Below are positions 6,795 to 15,990 of a stretch of DNA of 37,444 nt, piece by piece. The notes beneath the pieces are model-generated. The model did not search any database. It was not told the origin of the DNA and saw only the letters and a program-made list of their open reading frames with translations. How positions within the stretch are numbered: the first letter of the stretch is position 1; every line of letters starts with the position of its first letter. The stretch is from a virus. The translations under genes and the position numbers were made by a program. The stretch lies in IMG/VR virus record IMGVR_UViG_3300045988_122803, positions 1 through 37,444 of that record; one strand, written 5' to 3'.

Positions 6795-7068
6795 AGTAAC
6801 CTTACAAGAAGCGGAAAACGCATTGTCTGCCCTTACTCCGATAGCAGATACAATTGATCGATACGCGGAATCAAAGGACGACTGTACGGCCCTACTAATA
6901 GTCGGAGGCGTCGATAATGGTGATACTGTTAGTACACACGTGTCACTGATAGGGGGCGGTATGCCCCTTCTGGCGATGCTAGTCGAACTAATGACGAAAT
7001 ACCCAAGCCTGCGCGGGTTAATAAAGTCGGCCGCAATAATCGCCAATAATTTTAAGGGAGAAGAATAG
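6781..7068 (+). CDS. Hypothetical protein (95 aa)
   Basis: Overlaps the upstream ORF by 14 nt; no motif recognised. Confidence 0.5.
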   Translation: MENDEVTLQEAENALSALTPIADTIDRYAESKDDCTALLIVGGVDNGDTVSTHVSLIGGGMPLLAMLVELMTKYPSLRGLIKSAAIIANNFKGEE

Positions 7069-7096
7069 AAAGGCTTTACTTTTTTGCAGAATAGTA

Positions 7097-7345
7097 ATGC
7101 AACTTACAGATTTAACCCCGCCGCAGATTTTCGAATTAGACGGCAGAAAGTACGAATGTATAAGGGTTTACCCGGGCGGCCGTGTCGCTTCCTGTTATGA
7201 ACTTAACGAAAACGGCAGTTACATAGAAACGGGTAAACCCGAAGACCCCTACAAAATACGCCTGGTGTCGGATATCCGGTTTAACCGGCAACACCAGACA
7301 GACGAAGAACGAGAGGTAGAACAAGAGTTAGAAAACTTGCTATGA
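7097..7345 (+). CDS. Hypothetical protein (82 aa)
   Basis: Co-oriented ORF with an ATGA overlap to the next ORF. Confidence 0.5.
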   Translation: MQLTDLTPPQIFELDGRKYECIRVYPGGRVASCYELNENGSYIETGKPEDPYKIRLVSDIRFNRQHQTDEEREVEQELENLL

Positions 7346-7602
7346 AAACCGCAATATACAACTGTAAATTAAGCGATTATCAGGGCGGATATACGCTAAA
7401 TCCTATAAAAGTCGAGATACTGGACGAAAGCGATAAGAGCTACAGAGTTAAATACCTGGAGCCGGGAGCCTTCGGACAATATGTAGGCACGACGAAATGG
7501 GTACGTAAGTATAGCGTATGCAGCATAGTAGAAACGAACGTGGACGCTAGTGTACGGCCGGCCACGCGTTCGGGAGAAATAAGATTACCGTACAAAGACT
7601 AA
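7342..7602 (+). CDS. Hypothetical protein (86 aa)
   Basis: Co-oriented ORF coupled to the upstream ORF. Confidence 0.5.
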   Translation: MKTAIYNCKLSDYQGGYTLNPIKVEILDESDKSYRVKYLEPGAFGQYVGTTKWVRKYSVCSIVETNVDASVRPATRSGEIRLPYKD

Positions 7603-7614
7603 AATTTAAACAAG

Positions 7615-8172
7615 ATGGTACAAAAAAAGACAGAAAACCCGCTTAAGGTCGTTTTAAATACGCACCGCGTAAGTTATGTACACATAAAAGAGCCGTCCAG
7701 CTTCGAAGAAGACGGGGAGAAAAAGTACGATACTACCTTCTTAATCGAAAAAGACAGCCCGGACGTAGATAAGATCAAGGCAGCTATTAAGGCCGCCTAC
7801 TCTGCAAATAAAGAGAGCATGTTTAAGGGCTTACCGATAACAAGTCCAAAACTGTGGAACCCTCTGCGCGATGGCGATGAATGGTTAGAAGAACACCCCG
7901 AAGCAAAAGAGTACGAAGGCTGTTACTTTTTAAAGGCGGCTTCTAAAAGCCAGCCAAAAGCGTTCGATACGGATAAACAGGAAATAATCGATTTAGACGA
8001 AGTATACAGCGGCTGTTACTGCCGGGGAGTTATAGTGTGCTACCCCTTTAACAACAAATCGAAAGGGTTCGGCTTCTATCTAAACAGCCTTATGAAGATG
8101 AAGGACGGGGAAAGGCTGGGCGGATTTGAAGCCGATCCGGACGATTACGACGAAGAAGAAGACTTATTATAA
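7615..8172 (+). CDS. Phage ssDNA-binding protein (DUF2815 family)
   Basis: Pattern ..HRVSYVHIKEPSSF..KYDTTFLI.. and ..FGFYLNSLMKMKDGERLGG. Acidic C-terminal tail DPDDYDEEEDLL as in SSBs. Lies between the DUF2800 and PolA genes. Confidence 0.7.
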   Translation: MVQKKTENPLKVVLNTHRVSYVHIKEPSSFEEDGEKKYDTTFLIEKDSPDVDKIKAAIKAAYSANKESMFKGLPITSPKLWNPLRDGDEWLEEHPEAKEYEGCYFLKAASKSQPKAFDTDKQEIIDLDEVYSGCYCRGVIVCYPFNNKSKGFGFYLNSLMKMKDGERLGGFEADPDDYDEEEDLL

Positions 8173-8217
8173 ATCCGGGGGCGGCCACGCGTCGCCCTTC
8201 TTTCTAAATTTAAAAAA

Positions 8218-8439
8218 ATGGCAAACAGGACTTTACAAATACGTGTTCTGAATAAGGCAGGGCAAAACCTGGATTTCGTAGCATGCGAATTGACAGTAGA
8301 CGGGCGGAGTTGCCGTTTTGCAATCAGCAAACGGGATTATTCCGCCCTGGTCCTTGACGGTTTTTTTACCCGCACAGGGGAAATACCGGACAGTGACGGA
8401 TACTGGAATGTAACACGGGTCTATAAAGAAGAAGCATGA
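8218..8439 (+). CDS. Hypothetical protein (73 aa)
   Basis: Co-oriented ORF with an ATGA overlap to the polymerase gene. Confidence 0.5.
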   Translation: MANRTLQIRVLNKAGQNLDFVACELTVDGRSCRFAISKRDYSALVLDGFFTRTGEIPDSDGYWNVTRVYKEEA

Positions 8440-10397
8440 AACATCTGCATATAGATATAGAAACGCGGTGTAGACTGGACGTCGGGGACGTCGGGGTATA
8501 CCGTTACGCCGAAGACCCCACGTTCTGCATTATACTTTTTGCGTACAGTTTCGGGGACGAACCTGTTATCGTACTGGATACATCGCGCGACACATTCCCG
8601 GGCGAGAGCATACCCCGGGACGTATGGTCAGCGCTAACAGACCCGGACGTACTAAAAATTGCGCATAATGCAAACTTCGAATACGTGTGTATAAAAACCG
8701 CGTTCGGCCTTGCGCTCGATATCCGGCAGTGGTTCTGCACCATGGTAGGAGCCGCGTATCTGGGCTTGCCGCTAAGCCTGGATAAGATCGGACAAGTGTT
8801 AGGGCTTAGTCAGAAAAAAGACACCCGAGGAAAGGCCCTTATAACATATTTTTGCAAGCCCTGTAAACCCACGAAAAAGAATGGCGGACGTACACAAAAT
8901 TTACCGGAACATGCACCCGAAAAATGGACCGAGTTTAAGGAGTATAACGCACAGGACGTAAGAACGGAAAAAGAAATATACACCTATCTTTCCCGGTTCC
9001 CCGGACTACCCGATACCGAGCAAAGGTACTGGATATTAGATCAGGACATTAACGCTACAGGTATAACCGTAGACCGCGAATTTTCCGAAAAGGCAATCGA
9101 ATTAAACACCCTGTTTATCCGGAATGCGCATAAGGAACTAACGGCTATAACCGGGGTAGATAATCCGAACAGCTTACCGCAGTTAAAAAGCTGGCTTTTT
9201 AAGGAACTGGGACACGAGGTACACAGCCTCGGCAAAGACTACTTAGCCGACGCGATAGACGGGGGATTACTCCCTAAACACGTAGAAAGGGTCTTACGGC
9301 TCCGGCAACTTGCGTCGAAAACATCGGTAAGCAAATACGATGCCTTTTTAGCGTATGCCTGCCGGGACGGCCGTATCCGGGGTCTACTACAATTCTACGG
9401 GGCTAACCGTACCGGGCGCTTTTCCGGAAGAGGCCCGCAAATACAAAATTTAAAAAGAACGCCGAAACAAGACATAGGCGTAGCGCGGGACGCGGTATTA
9501 TATGGTTTTGCCGGCCTGCTGTACAGCGATGTCCCGGACGTAATAAGCCGTCTTACCCGAACCGCGCTGGTTGCAAAAGACGGGTACAGCCTGGCCGTAT
9601 CCGATTTTTCCGCTATCGAGGCCCGGGTATTGGCGTGGGAAGCCGGCGAGGACTGGGTATTAGATGTATTCCGCACGCACGGGAAAATTTACGAGGCAAC
9701 GGCGGCAAATATGTTTAACGTGCCTCTGGATTCGATTTCGCACGGCAGCGATTTACGGGCTAAAGGGAAGGTCGCAACACTGGCCCTGGGGTATCAGGGC
9801 GCGGCCGGAGCGCTAATTGCAATGGGCGCTTTACGCGAAGGACTGGACGAGGCCGAATTACCGGCAATCGTTAACGCCTGGAGATCGGCAAATCCCAATA
9901 TAGTTAAGTTCTGGCGGGAAGTAGAAAACGCCGCTAAGCACGTAGTTAAAAATAAGACAAGCTATGTACTCCGGAAAAAGTACTGTAGCCTTAAATTTCT
10001 GTACGACCGCGGGTATCTGTTTATAGAACTGCCCGGCGGGCGCCGGTTATCCTATTACGGGGCGAGCCTGGATAAGGGCCGGTTATCCTATTACGGGCTT
10101 GACCAGGTTAAAAAGATATGGGTTAAAATCGATACCTACGGCGGTTCACTGGTAGAGAACATAACACAGGCTATCGCAAGGGATTGTCTGTGTGATGCTA
10201 TGTACCGGATACGCTACGACGCCGGCTTACCTATTCTTATGCACATACACGACGAAATTGTAAGTGAGGCCCCGGAAGATAAAGCCCCGGACGCGCTTAA
10301 AACTATGTACGATATTATGTCCGTCGGGCCGGGGTGGGCCGGGGGACTCCCGCTTAAGGGCGACGGATTTATAAGTAAATTCTATAAAAAAGACTGA
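8436..10397 (+). CDS. Family A DNA polymerase with 3'-5' exonuclease domain
   Basis: Exo I HIDIETR; motif A SDFSAIEARVLAW; motif B RAKGKVATLALGYQGAAGAL; motif C LMHIHDEIV. Confidence 0.92.
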   Translation: MKHLHIDIETRCRLDVGDVGVYRYAEDPTFCIILFAYSFGDEPVIVLDTSRDTFPGESIPRDVWSALTDPDVLKIAHNANFEYVCIKTAFGLALDIRQWFCTMVGAAYLGLPLSLDKIGQVLGLSQKKDTRGKALITYFCKPCKPTKKNGGRTQNLPEHAPEKWTEFKEYNAQDVRTEKEIYTYLSRFPGLPDTEQRYWILDQDINATGITVDREFSEKAIELNTLFIRNAHKELTAITGVDNPNSLPQLKSWLFKELGHEVHSLGKDYLADAIDGGLLPKHVERVLRLRQLASKTSVSKYDAFLAYACRDGRIRGLLQFYGANRTGRFSGRGPQIQNLKRTPKQDIGVARDAVLYGFAGLLYSDVPDVISRLTRTALVAKDGYSLAVSDFSAIEARVLAWEAGEDWVLDVFRTHGKIYEATAANMFNVPLDSISHGSDLRAKGKVATLALGYQGAAGALIAMGALREGLDEAELPAIVNAWRSANPNIVKFWREVENAAKHVVKNKTSYVLRKKYCSLKFLYDRGYLFIELPGGRRLSYYGASLDKGRLSYYGLDQVKKIWVKIDTYGGSLVENITQAIARDCLCDAMYRIRYDAGLPILMHIHDEIVSEAPEDKAPDALKTMYDIMSVGPGWAGGLPLKGDGFISKFYKKD

Positions 10398-10398
10398 T

Positions 10399-10584
10399 AT
10401 GAAAGGTATAAATTTTTACAGTACGATCCTGACAATAGCTATTATGATAGTTTTCATTACGCTTAAAATCGCGGGTGTTATCGCCTGGTCATGGTGGTGG
10501 GTAACCGCGCCGGTATGGATACCTGCGGTTTTGGCGATTATCGCAGTAATTCTGTCTTTTGTTCTTATTAAGTATTACAAATAA
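10399..10584 (+). CDS. Small hydrophobic membrane protein (61 aa)
   Basis: Almost entirely hydrophobic (TILTIAIMIVFITL.., VWIPAVLAIIAVILSFVLI), with a Trp cluster WSWWW. Confidence 0.5.
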   Translation: MKGINFYSTILTIAIMIVFITLKIAGVIAWSWWWVTAPVWIPAVLAIIAVILSFVLIKYYK

Positions 10585-10592
10585 AAGACGGG

Positions 10593-11570
10593 GTGAGAGT
10601 ACTTAGTTTGTTTGACGGTATTAGTTGCGGTCGGGTGGCTTTGGAACGTGCAGGGCTATCCGTATCGCGCTACGTCGCTTTCGAGATAGACCAGAACTCT
10701 ATTAAATGTAGTAACCGGAACTACCCAGATATAGAACACCGCGGGTCTGTAGTAGGTATGGACTTTTCCGAATTTATAGGCTTCGATATAGTTATAGGCG
10801 GTTTTCCCTGCCAGGATTTAAGTTTAGCGGGTAAGCGAAAAGGGCTTAAAGGTAAACGGAGTTCACTTTTTTGGTATCTGGCCGAAGCGATAGAAGTTAT
10901 TAAGCCGCGTTACTTCCTGATCGAAAATAACGTAGGTATGCCGAAAGAAGCCAAAGAAACGATAACGAAAACTTTAGGCGTAGAACCCATCCAGATAAAC
11001 AGCGCCTTAGTATCAGCGCAAACACGTAAGCGCCTTTACTGGACTAATATACCAGGCGTCGAGCAACCCGAAGACCGCAATATAATTCTATCCGATATTC
11101 TTAAAAACGGCTACGGTATACACGGTAATAAAAGTATGGCGTTAACAGCCAGCTACGGCGGCGCGGTTATCTGGAATAGCTTAGAAAGGAGACAGCGCAC
11201 TATGGTGGCCGAACCCGTCGTACTGTATCAAAGGCCCGGGGGTTACAACAAAGGCGGCTTTACTGTTACCGAAAAAAAAAACCCGCCTATTACCGCATCC
11301 GGCCAGCAAAATAATGTATACACAGTAACCGACGGTGTAGTATTGATACAAAATAAGAAAGGCGTTAAACCTTATAAAATTTCTATTCCGGACGGTCAAT
11401 ACCTGATACGCCCGTTTACGCCGGAAGAATGCGAATTACTACAGGGCCTACCCGCCGGATATACCGAAATGATACCTAAGACGCGTAGGTATAAGGCGAT
11501 AGGTAACGGGTGGACCGTCGACGCCGTGGCCCACATTTTAAACTATATAAATTTAGACCTGCTGATATGA
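10593..11570 (+). CDS. DNA (cytosine-5)-methyltransferase
   Basis: GTG start. Motif I LFDGISCG, motif IV GGFPCQDLS, motif VI LIENNVG, motif VIII QTRKRLYW, motif X GNGWTV. Confidence 0.9.
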   Translation: MRVLSLFDGISCGRVALERAGLSVSRYVAFEIDQNSIKCSNRNYPDIEHRGSVVGMDFSEFIGFDIVIGGFPCQDLSLAGKRKGLKGKRSSLFWYLAEAIEVIKPRYFLIENNVGMPKEAKETITKTLGVEPIQINSALVSAQTRKRLYWTNIPGVEQPEDRNIILSDILKNGYGIHGNKSMALTASYGGAVIWNSLERRQRTMVAEPVVLYQRPGGYNKGGFTVTEKKNPPITASGQQNNVYTVTDGVVLIQNKKGVKPYKISIPDGQYLIRPFTPEECELLQGLPAGYTEMIPKTRRYKAIGNGWTVDAVAHILNYINLDLLI

Positions 11571-13957
11571 TAACCCTAAAGAATAATATAACACTCGATA
11601 TAGCCACCGCCGGCACCAGACGGGCGGCAAAATGGCAGAACAAACGGACAACGTGGCAGGATATAGTTAACACGCTGTCGCAGACCGAGAGAACGCAAGA
11701 AACGGTAAAACAGTATTTCAGCTACACGAAAGACCGTCAGGACGAAATAAAGGACGTGGGCGGCTTCGTAGGGGGATATCTCCGGGAAGGGCGGCGTAAA
11801 AAAGGTTACGTGGACTACCGGCAGGTCGTAAGCCTGGACGTCGATTACGGCGATCTGGACCTGTGGATAAACTATGGCTTGCTGGAATATGCCGGGTGCA
11901 TGTATACGACGCACAAGCACCGGCCGGAAGACCCGCGGTTCAGGATCGTATTTCCGCTTAACCGGAAGGTAAGTCCGGATGAGTACGAAGCTATCGCCCG
12001 CGTCGTGGCCGGCTGGCTCGGTATCGATTATTTCGATGACACGACATACCAGCCTACGCGCTTGATGTATTACCCGTCTACCCCCAGAGACGGCGAGTTT
12101 GTATTTAACTACTCGGACGGTCCTATAATGGATGCAGATGCGGTATTGGCAGAGCTTCCGGACTGGCGCGACCCTACGACCTGGCCGGTATCGTCGCGGG
12201 TAAAGGATACGGTAAGACATAATAAAGGCAATAAGGTAGAAGACCCGGAAGACAAGACCGGCATAGTAGGTGCGTTCTGCCGGGCATACAGCATGTACGA
12301 AGCTATCGCCGAGTTTTTAAGCGATGTTTACGCGCCTTGCGAAGAGCTAGGGGGCGACCGCTATAGCCTAATCGGGGGCTCTGCCTCGGGCGGCCTTGTA
12401 ATCTACGATAACAAACTAGCCTTCTCGCACCATGCTACCGACATCGCAGGCGGTAAGTTATGCAACGCTTTTGATCTCGTCAGGCTGCATAAGTTCGCCG
12501 ATCTCGACGAGGCGGCAAAAAGCGGTACAGAAATAACGAAACTGCCAAGTTACAAAGCGATGTCCGATTTTGCGGGCAAACTGGGACCGGTAAAAAAAGA
12601 GATCGTACGCCAGCGCCGCGAACAGATGGCAGAAGACTACGACGAACCGGAGGAAGGCGCCCCCAATGAAATCTGGATAGAAGAGTTGGAAACAGACGGC
12701 AAACGAATAAAAAATACGATAAGTAATGCCGTACTGATACTATCGAACGACGAAAACTTAAAAGGACGTTTCGGTTTTAACGAATTCGAACAGCGCGAAA
12801 CTGCCGTAAAAGCCCTGCCGTGGGACCGCCCGGGCATTAAATACCCGCGCCCCCTTTGTGATGCGGACGACGCAGAACTGCGATTGTATCTGGAAAGGTG
12901 TTACGAAATTACGGGCAAGGGGCAGATAACAGACGCGCTTACGGTAGTGGTACACGGTAACAACTATCACCCGGTACGCGATTACCTGGACGCGGTAAGC
13001 TGGGACGGAACGGAGCGGCTTGATACGCTCTTTATCGACCTTTTCGGGGCGCCGGACACGCCATATACGCGTGCGGTTACACGCAAAGCGTTTGCCGCAG
13101 CCGTAGCCCGCATCTATACCCCCGGTTGCAAATACGACTATGTTTTAGTCCTGGTAGGCGAACAGGGTGTAGGGAAAAGTACCACTCTCGCAAAAATGGG
13201 CGGAGACTGGTTTAGCGATAGCGTCCCTACCCTGGCAGGCAAAGAAGCTATAGAGAGTATACAGGGGTCTTGGCTTATCGAACTGGGCGAACTGGCGGGA
13301 CTCCGCAAAGCGGATATAGATGCCGTTAAACACTTTATAAGTAAGAGGGAAGACCGCTACCGGGTTGCGTACGGTAAAAGAATAGAACATTTTCCGAGGC
13401 GGTGCATATTTTTCGGCACTACCAACGAAGAGGACTTTCTACGCGACGTTACGGGCAACAGGCGGTTTTGGGTCGTAAACTGTAAAGGGGGCAAGAGCCG
13501 GCTGGATTTTAAAACATACCTCACACCGGTAATTGTATCGCAACTGTGGGCGGAAGCCAAAGAAAGATTAGCGCAGGGAGAACCGCTGTACCTGGCCGAA
13601 GAAGGGTTAGAAGAGGAAGCGCGGGCAATACAAGATAAACACCTGGAAAAAGACGAGCGTAGCGGGCTTATTGGCGAATACCTGGAGCGGTTACTACCGA
13701 AGAACTGGGACGGCCTGGATACGTACCAACGGCGTAACTGGCTGTCGGACGATAAAAACGCAGGAACGGAGGAACGGTGTAGCGTGTGTATCCTGGAAAT
13801 ATGGGCCGAATGTTTAGGCAAAGACCCGAACAGTATTACACGCCGGGATAGCTTCGAACTATCCCGCATAATGAAGACGGTTAAGGGGTGGAAACCGTAT
13901 GGAAGCACCTTAAAATTTAAAAATTACGGAAACCAAAAAGCGTATGTCCGGCGGTAA
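11567..13957 (+). CDS. Primase-helicase (VirE / P4-alpha-like, P-loop NTPase)
   Basis: Start taken at ATG 11567 (ATGA overlap with the methyltransferase stop) rather than track start 11510. Walker A VLVGEQGVGKST, Walker B SWLIELGEL, then ..RRFWVV. The large N-terminal domain is consistent with a primase-polymerase. Confidence 0.8.
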   Translation: MITLKNNITLDIATAGTRRAAKWQNKRTTWQDIVNTLSQTERTQETVKQYFSYTKDRQDEIKDVGGFVGGYLREGRRKKGYVDYRQVVSLDVDYGDLDLWINYGLLEYAGCMYTTHKHRPEDPRFRIVFPLNRKVSPDEYEAIARVVAGWLGIDYFDDTTYQPTRLMYYPSTPRDGEFVFNYSDGPIMDADAVLAELPDWRDPTTWPVSSRVKDTVRHNKGNKVEDPEDKTGIVGAFCRAYSMYEAIAEFLSDVYAPCEELGGDRYSLIGGSASGGLVIYDNKLAFSHHATDIAGGKLCNAFDLVRLHKFADLDEAAKSGTEITKLPSYKAMSDFAGKLGPVKKEIVRQRREQMAEDYDEPEEGAPNEIWIEELETDGKRIKNTISNAVLILSNDENLKGRFGFNEFEQRETAVKALPWDRPGIKYPRPLCDADDAELRLYLERCYEITGKGQITDALTVVVHGNNYHPVRDYLDAVSWDGTERLDTLFIDLFGAPDTPYTRAVTRKAFAAAVARIYTPGCKYDYVLVLVGEQGVGKSTTLAKMGGDWFSDSVPTLAGKEAIESIQGSWLIELGELAGLRKADIDAVKHFISKREDRYRVAYGKRIEHFPRRCIFFGTTNEEDFLRDVTGNRRFWVVNCKGGKSRLDFKTYLTPVIVSQLWAEAKERLAQGEPLYLAEEGLEEEARAIQDKHLEKDERSGLIGEYLERLLPKNWDGLDTYQRRNWLSDDKNAGTEERCSVCILEIWAECLGKDPNSITRRDSFELSRIMKTVKGWKPYGSTLKFKNYGNQKAYVRR

Positions 13958-13958
13958 T

Positions 13959-14207
13959 TTGGTTTTTGGTTTTTTTTGGTTTTCACCAGCCCGGAACCAA
14001 AAAACCAAAATCGGGTTTACGGGCTTAGCCGTTGGTTTTTTGGTTGCGCTTAATTAACAACGGGTTACACCCCTAAAACACCAAAAAACCAAAAAAATAT
14101 ATACAGTATAATATAGTAAATAAATTAACAATATACACGATTTACGCAATATATGTACGCGTATATAAGTGTATAGGAAAAAGGGTTTTTTAGTTTTTGG
14201 TTTTTTG
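13959..14207. repeat. Iteron array plus AT-rich block; putative replication origin
   Basis: GGTTTTT(T)GG / CCAAAAAACC units in alternating orientation at about 13959-13983 (+), 13996-14010 (-), 14032-14044 (+), 14080-14094 (-) and 14192-14207 (+). The 15-mer ACCAAAAAACCAAAA occurs twice. An AT-rich stretch at 14097-14180 is rich in TATA/ATAT runs. Confidence 0.55.
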
Positions 14208-14209
14208 AC

Positions 14210-14479
14210 ATGGAAAAGACGATAGAAAAATATTTGGTATCCCGGGTCGAAAGTTTAGGCGGCCTTTGCGTAAAATTTCCTCCTTTGTTTTTCGCGGGCT
14301 TTCCCGACCGGATAGTAATGCTGCCCGGCGGCCGTATAGTTTTTGTCGAAACCAAGGCGCCCGGCGAAACGCCCCGGGCGATACAAAGGAAGGTACACGC
14401 CCGGTTATGCGGCCTGGGCTTCCGCGTGGAAGTTTTAGACAGTAAGGAAAGTATAAACAAATTTATAGCGGGGCTATGA
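14210..14479 (+). CDS. VRR-NUC domain nuclease
   Basis: 89 aa. ..GFPDRIVMLPGGRIVFVETKAPG.. carries the D...E-x-K active-site pattern of VRR-NUC. Confidence 0.8.
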   Translation: MEKTIEKYLVSRVESLGGLCVKFPPLFFAGFPDRIVMLPGGRIVFVETKAPGETPRAIQRKVHARLCGLGFRVEVLDSKESINKFIAGL

Positions 14480-15990
14480 TTCCTAAAATACTATACAACA
14501 AGCGTGAAGACGAATATTATAACACAGACCCGCACCAGATCGAAGCGTACGAACACTTGTCGAATAATCCACGCGCGGCGCTATTTCTCGGGATGAGTCT
14601 AAGCAAAACCGTTGTTACGCTTTCGTATCTCTACGACCTTGTGTACAGGGAAGCGGCCGCGATAAAAGTGCTGGTCGTAGCGCCGGACAAAGTAGCGCGT
14701 ATTACCTGGCCGGATGAGCTGGAAACGTGGGGGCATCTGGAAGGGGTGAATTATAGTGTAGTACAGGGAGACCGGAAACAGCGCGAAAAAGCGTTAAGCG
14801 CCGAAGCCGAAATCTATGTAATAGGGGCGGACAATCTTGTCTGGCTTATAGATAAATACCTGTACCGTAAAGTAAGTAAGAAGACGGGTAACGCTCACGG
14901 TTCGCGTTTAGGCGCGTTTCCGTTCGACTGCCTGGTTATCGACGAACTTAGTCTTTTTAAGAACAGGAGCAGCGAGCGTTTTAAAAAGCTGCGTATCGCC
15001 TTAAACCACAGCGATATAAAATACCGGGTGGGCTTGACGGGTACGCCATCCCCCAATGGGTATATCGACCTGTGGGCCGAAATAATGCTTTTGGATGACG
15101 GGCGCCGCCTGGAAAACACTTTCGGTAAGTTCGTCGATAAATACTTTACAACCCGCGGAAACGGGATGATTGTTTACGAATATATCCCCCGGCCGGGGGC
15201 CCAAAAAGTTATCGCGCACAAAATACGGGACATAGCCTTAACAATGCAGACGCGCGACTATTTAGTATTGCCCGACTTACACACCGTCGACTTAGAGATA
15301 GAGCTATCCCGCGCCGACCGCAAAGCGTACGACACCCTGGAAGAGGAATACGTACTGGATTTTCTTACACAGACCGGCAGCGGCTCCGTGACGGTAAAGA
15401 CTGCCGCCGATCTGACGAATAAATTACTACAGATAAGCAGCGGGGCGGTATACGAAGAGCAGAAGTATGACGATAAAGGCAATAAGCTGCCGAGGGTGTG
15501 GCATGAAGTAAATACGGCGAAAATCGATGCCTTGGGCGGCTTGCTGGAAGCATACCCGGACGAGAATTTTATAGTAGTGTATCAGTTCAAGCACGAGGTA
15601 GAACGGATACGCGCCGTTTTTCCGTTTGCCCGGGAACTCCGCAGAGGGGCTAAAACCGCAGAAGATTTTACGGACTGGAATAACGGACGTATACGTCTTC
15701 TCCTTATACACCCGGCAGGGGCCGGACACGGGCTAAACCTGCAATTCGGGGGGCGGAGAATGGTTTGGTTTACGACAACCTGGAACCTGGAGCATTACCA
15801 ACAGACGGTAGCACGCCTGTTGCGCCGGGGGCAATTAAAGGAAATATACGTACACCGGCTTATTGTAAAGGGTACGCGCGATATACGCGTGTGTCGTCGC
15901 CTGGCAAGCAAGGACAGTGATCAGGTTTTTCTGTTTAACGAGATTAAAAATTTAAGAAGCAAGTATGAACACAGGGAAGAAGTACATTAA
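14476..15990 (+). CDS. SNF2-family DNA helicase/translocase
   Basis: Motif I-like LGMSLSKT, motif II VIDELSLFKN, motif III LTGTPSPNG, C-terminal HPAGAGHGLNLQ and ..QQTVARLLRRGQ. Confidence 0.85.
   Translation: MIPKILYNKREDEYYNTDPHQIEAYEHLSNNPRAALFLGMSLSKTVVTLSYLYDLVYREAAAIKVLVVAPDKVARITWPDELETWGHLEGVNYSVVQGDRKQREKALSAEAEIYVIGADNLVWLIDKYLYRKVSKKTGNAHGSRLGAFPFDCLVIDELSLFKNRSSERFKKLRIALNHSDIKYRVGLTGTPSPNGYIDLWAEIMLLDDGRRLENTFGKFVDKYFTTRGNGMIVYEYIPRPGAQKVIAHKIRDIALTMQTRDYLVLPDLHTVDLEIELSRADRKAYDTLEEEYVLDFLTQTGSGSVTVKTAADLTNKLLQISSGAVYEEQKYDDKGNKLPRVWHEVNTAKIDALGGLLEAYPDENFIVVYQFKHEVERIRAVFPFARELRRGAKTAEDFTDWNNGRIRLLLIHPAGAGHGLNLQFGGRRMVWFTTTWNLEHYQQTVARLLRRGQLKEIYVHRLIVKGTRDIRVCRRLASKDSDQVFLFNEIKNLRSKYEHREEVH

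Noticed and set aside
11510-11566. Upstream start of the primase-helicase ORF (MDRRRRGPHF..)
   Set aside because: It lies wholly inside the methyltransferase gene. ATG 11567 forms an ATGA stop/start overlap, the usual coupling in this element.
11576-13908. Minus-strand ORFs of 214 and 183 aa inside the primase-helicase gene
   Set aside because: Arg/Pro/Ser-rich shadow frames. The plus-strand frame carries Walker A/B motifs.
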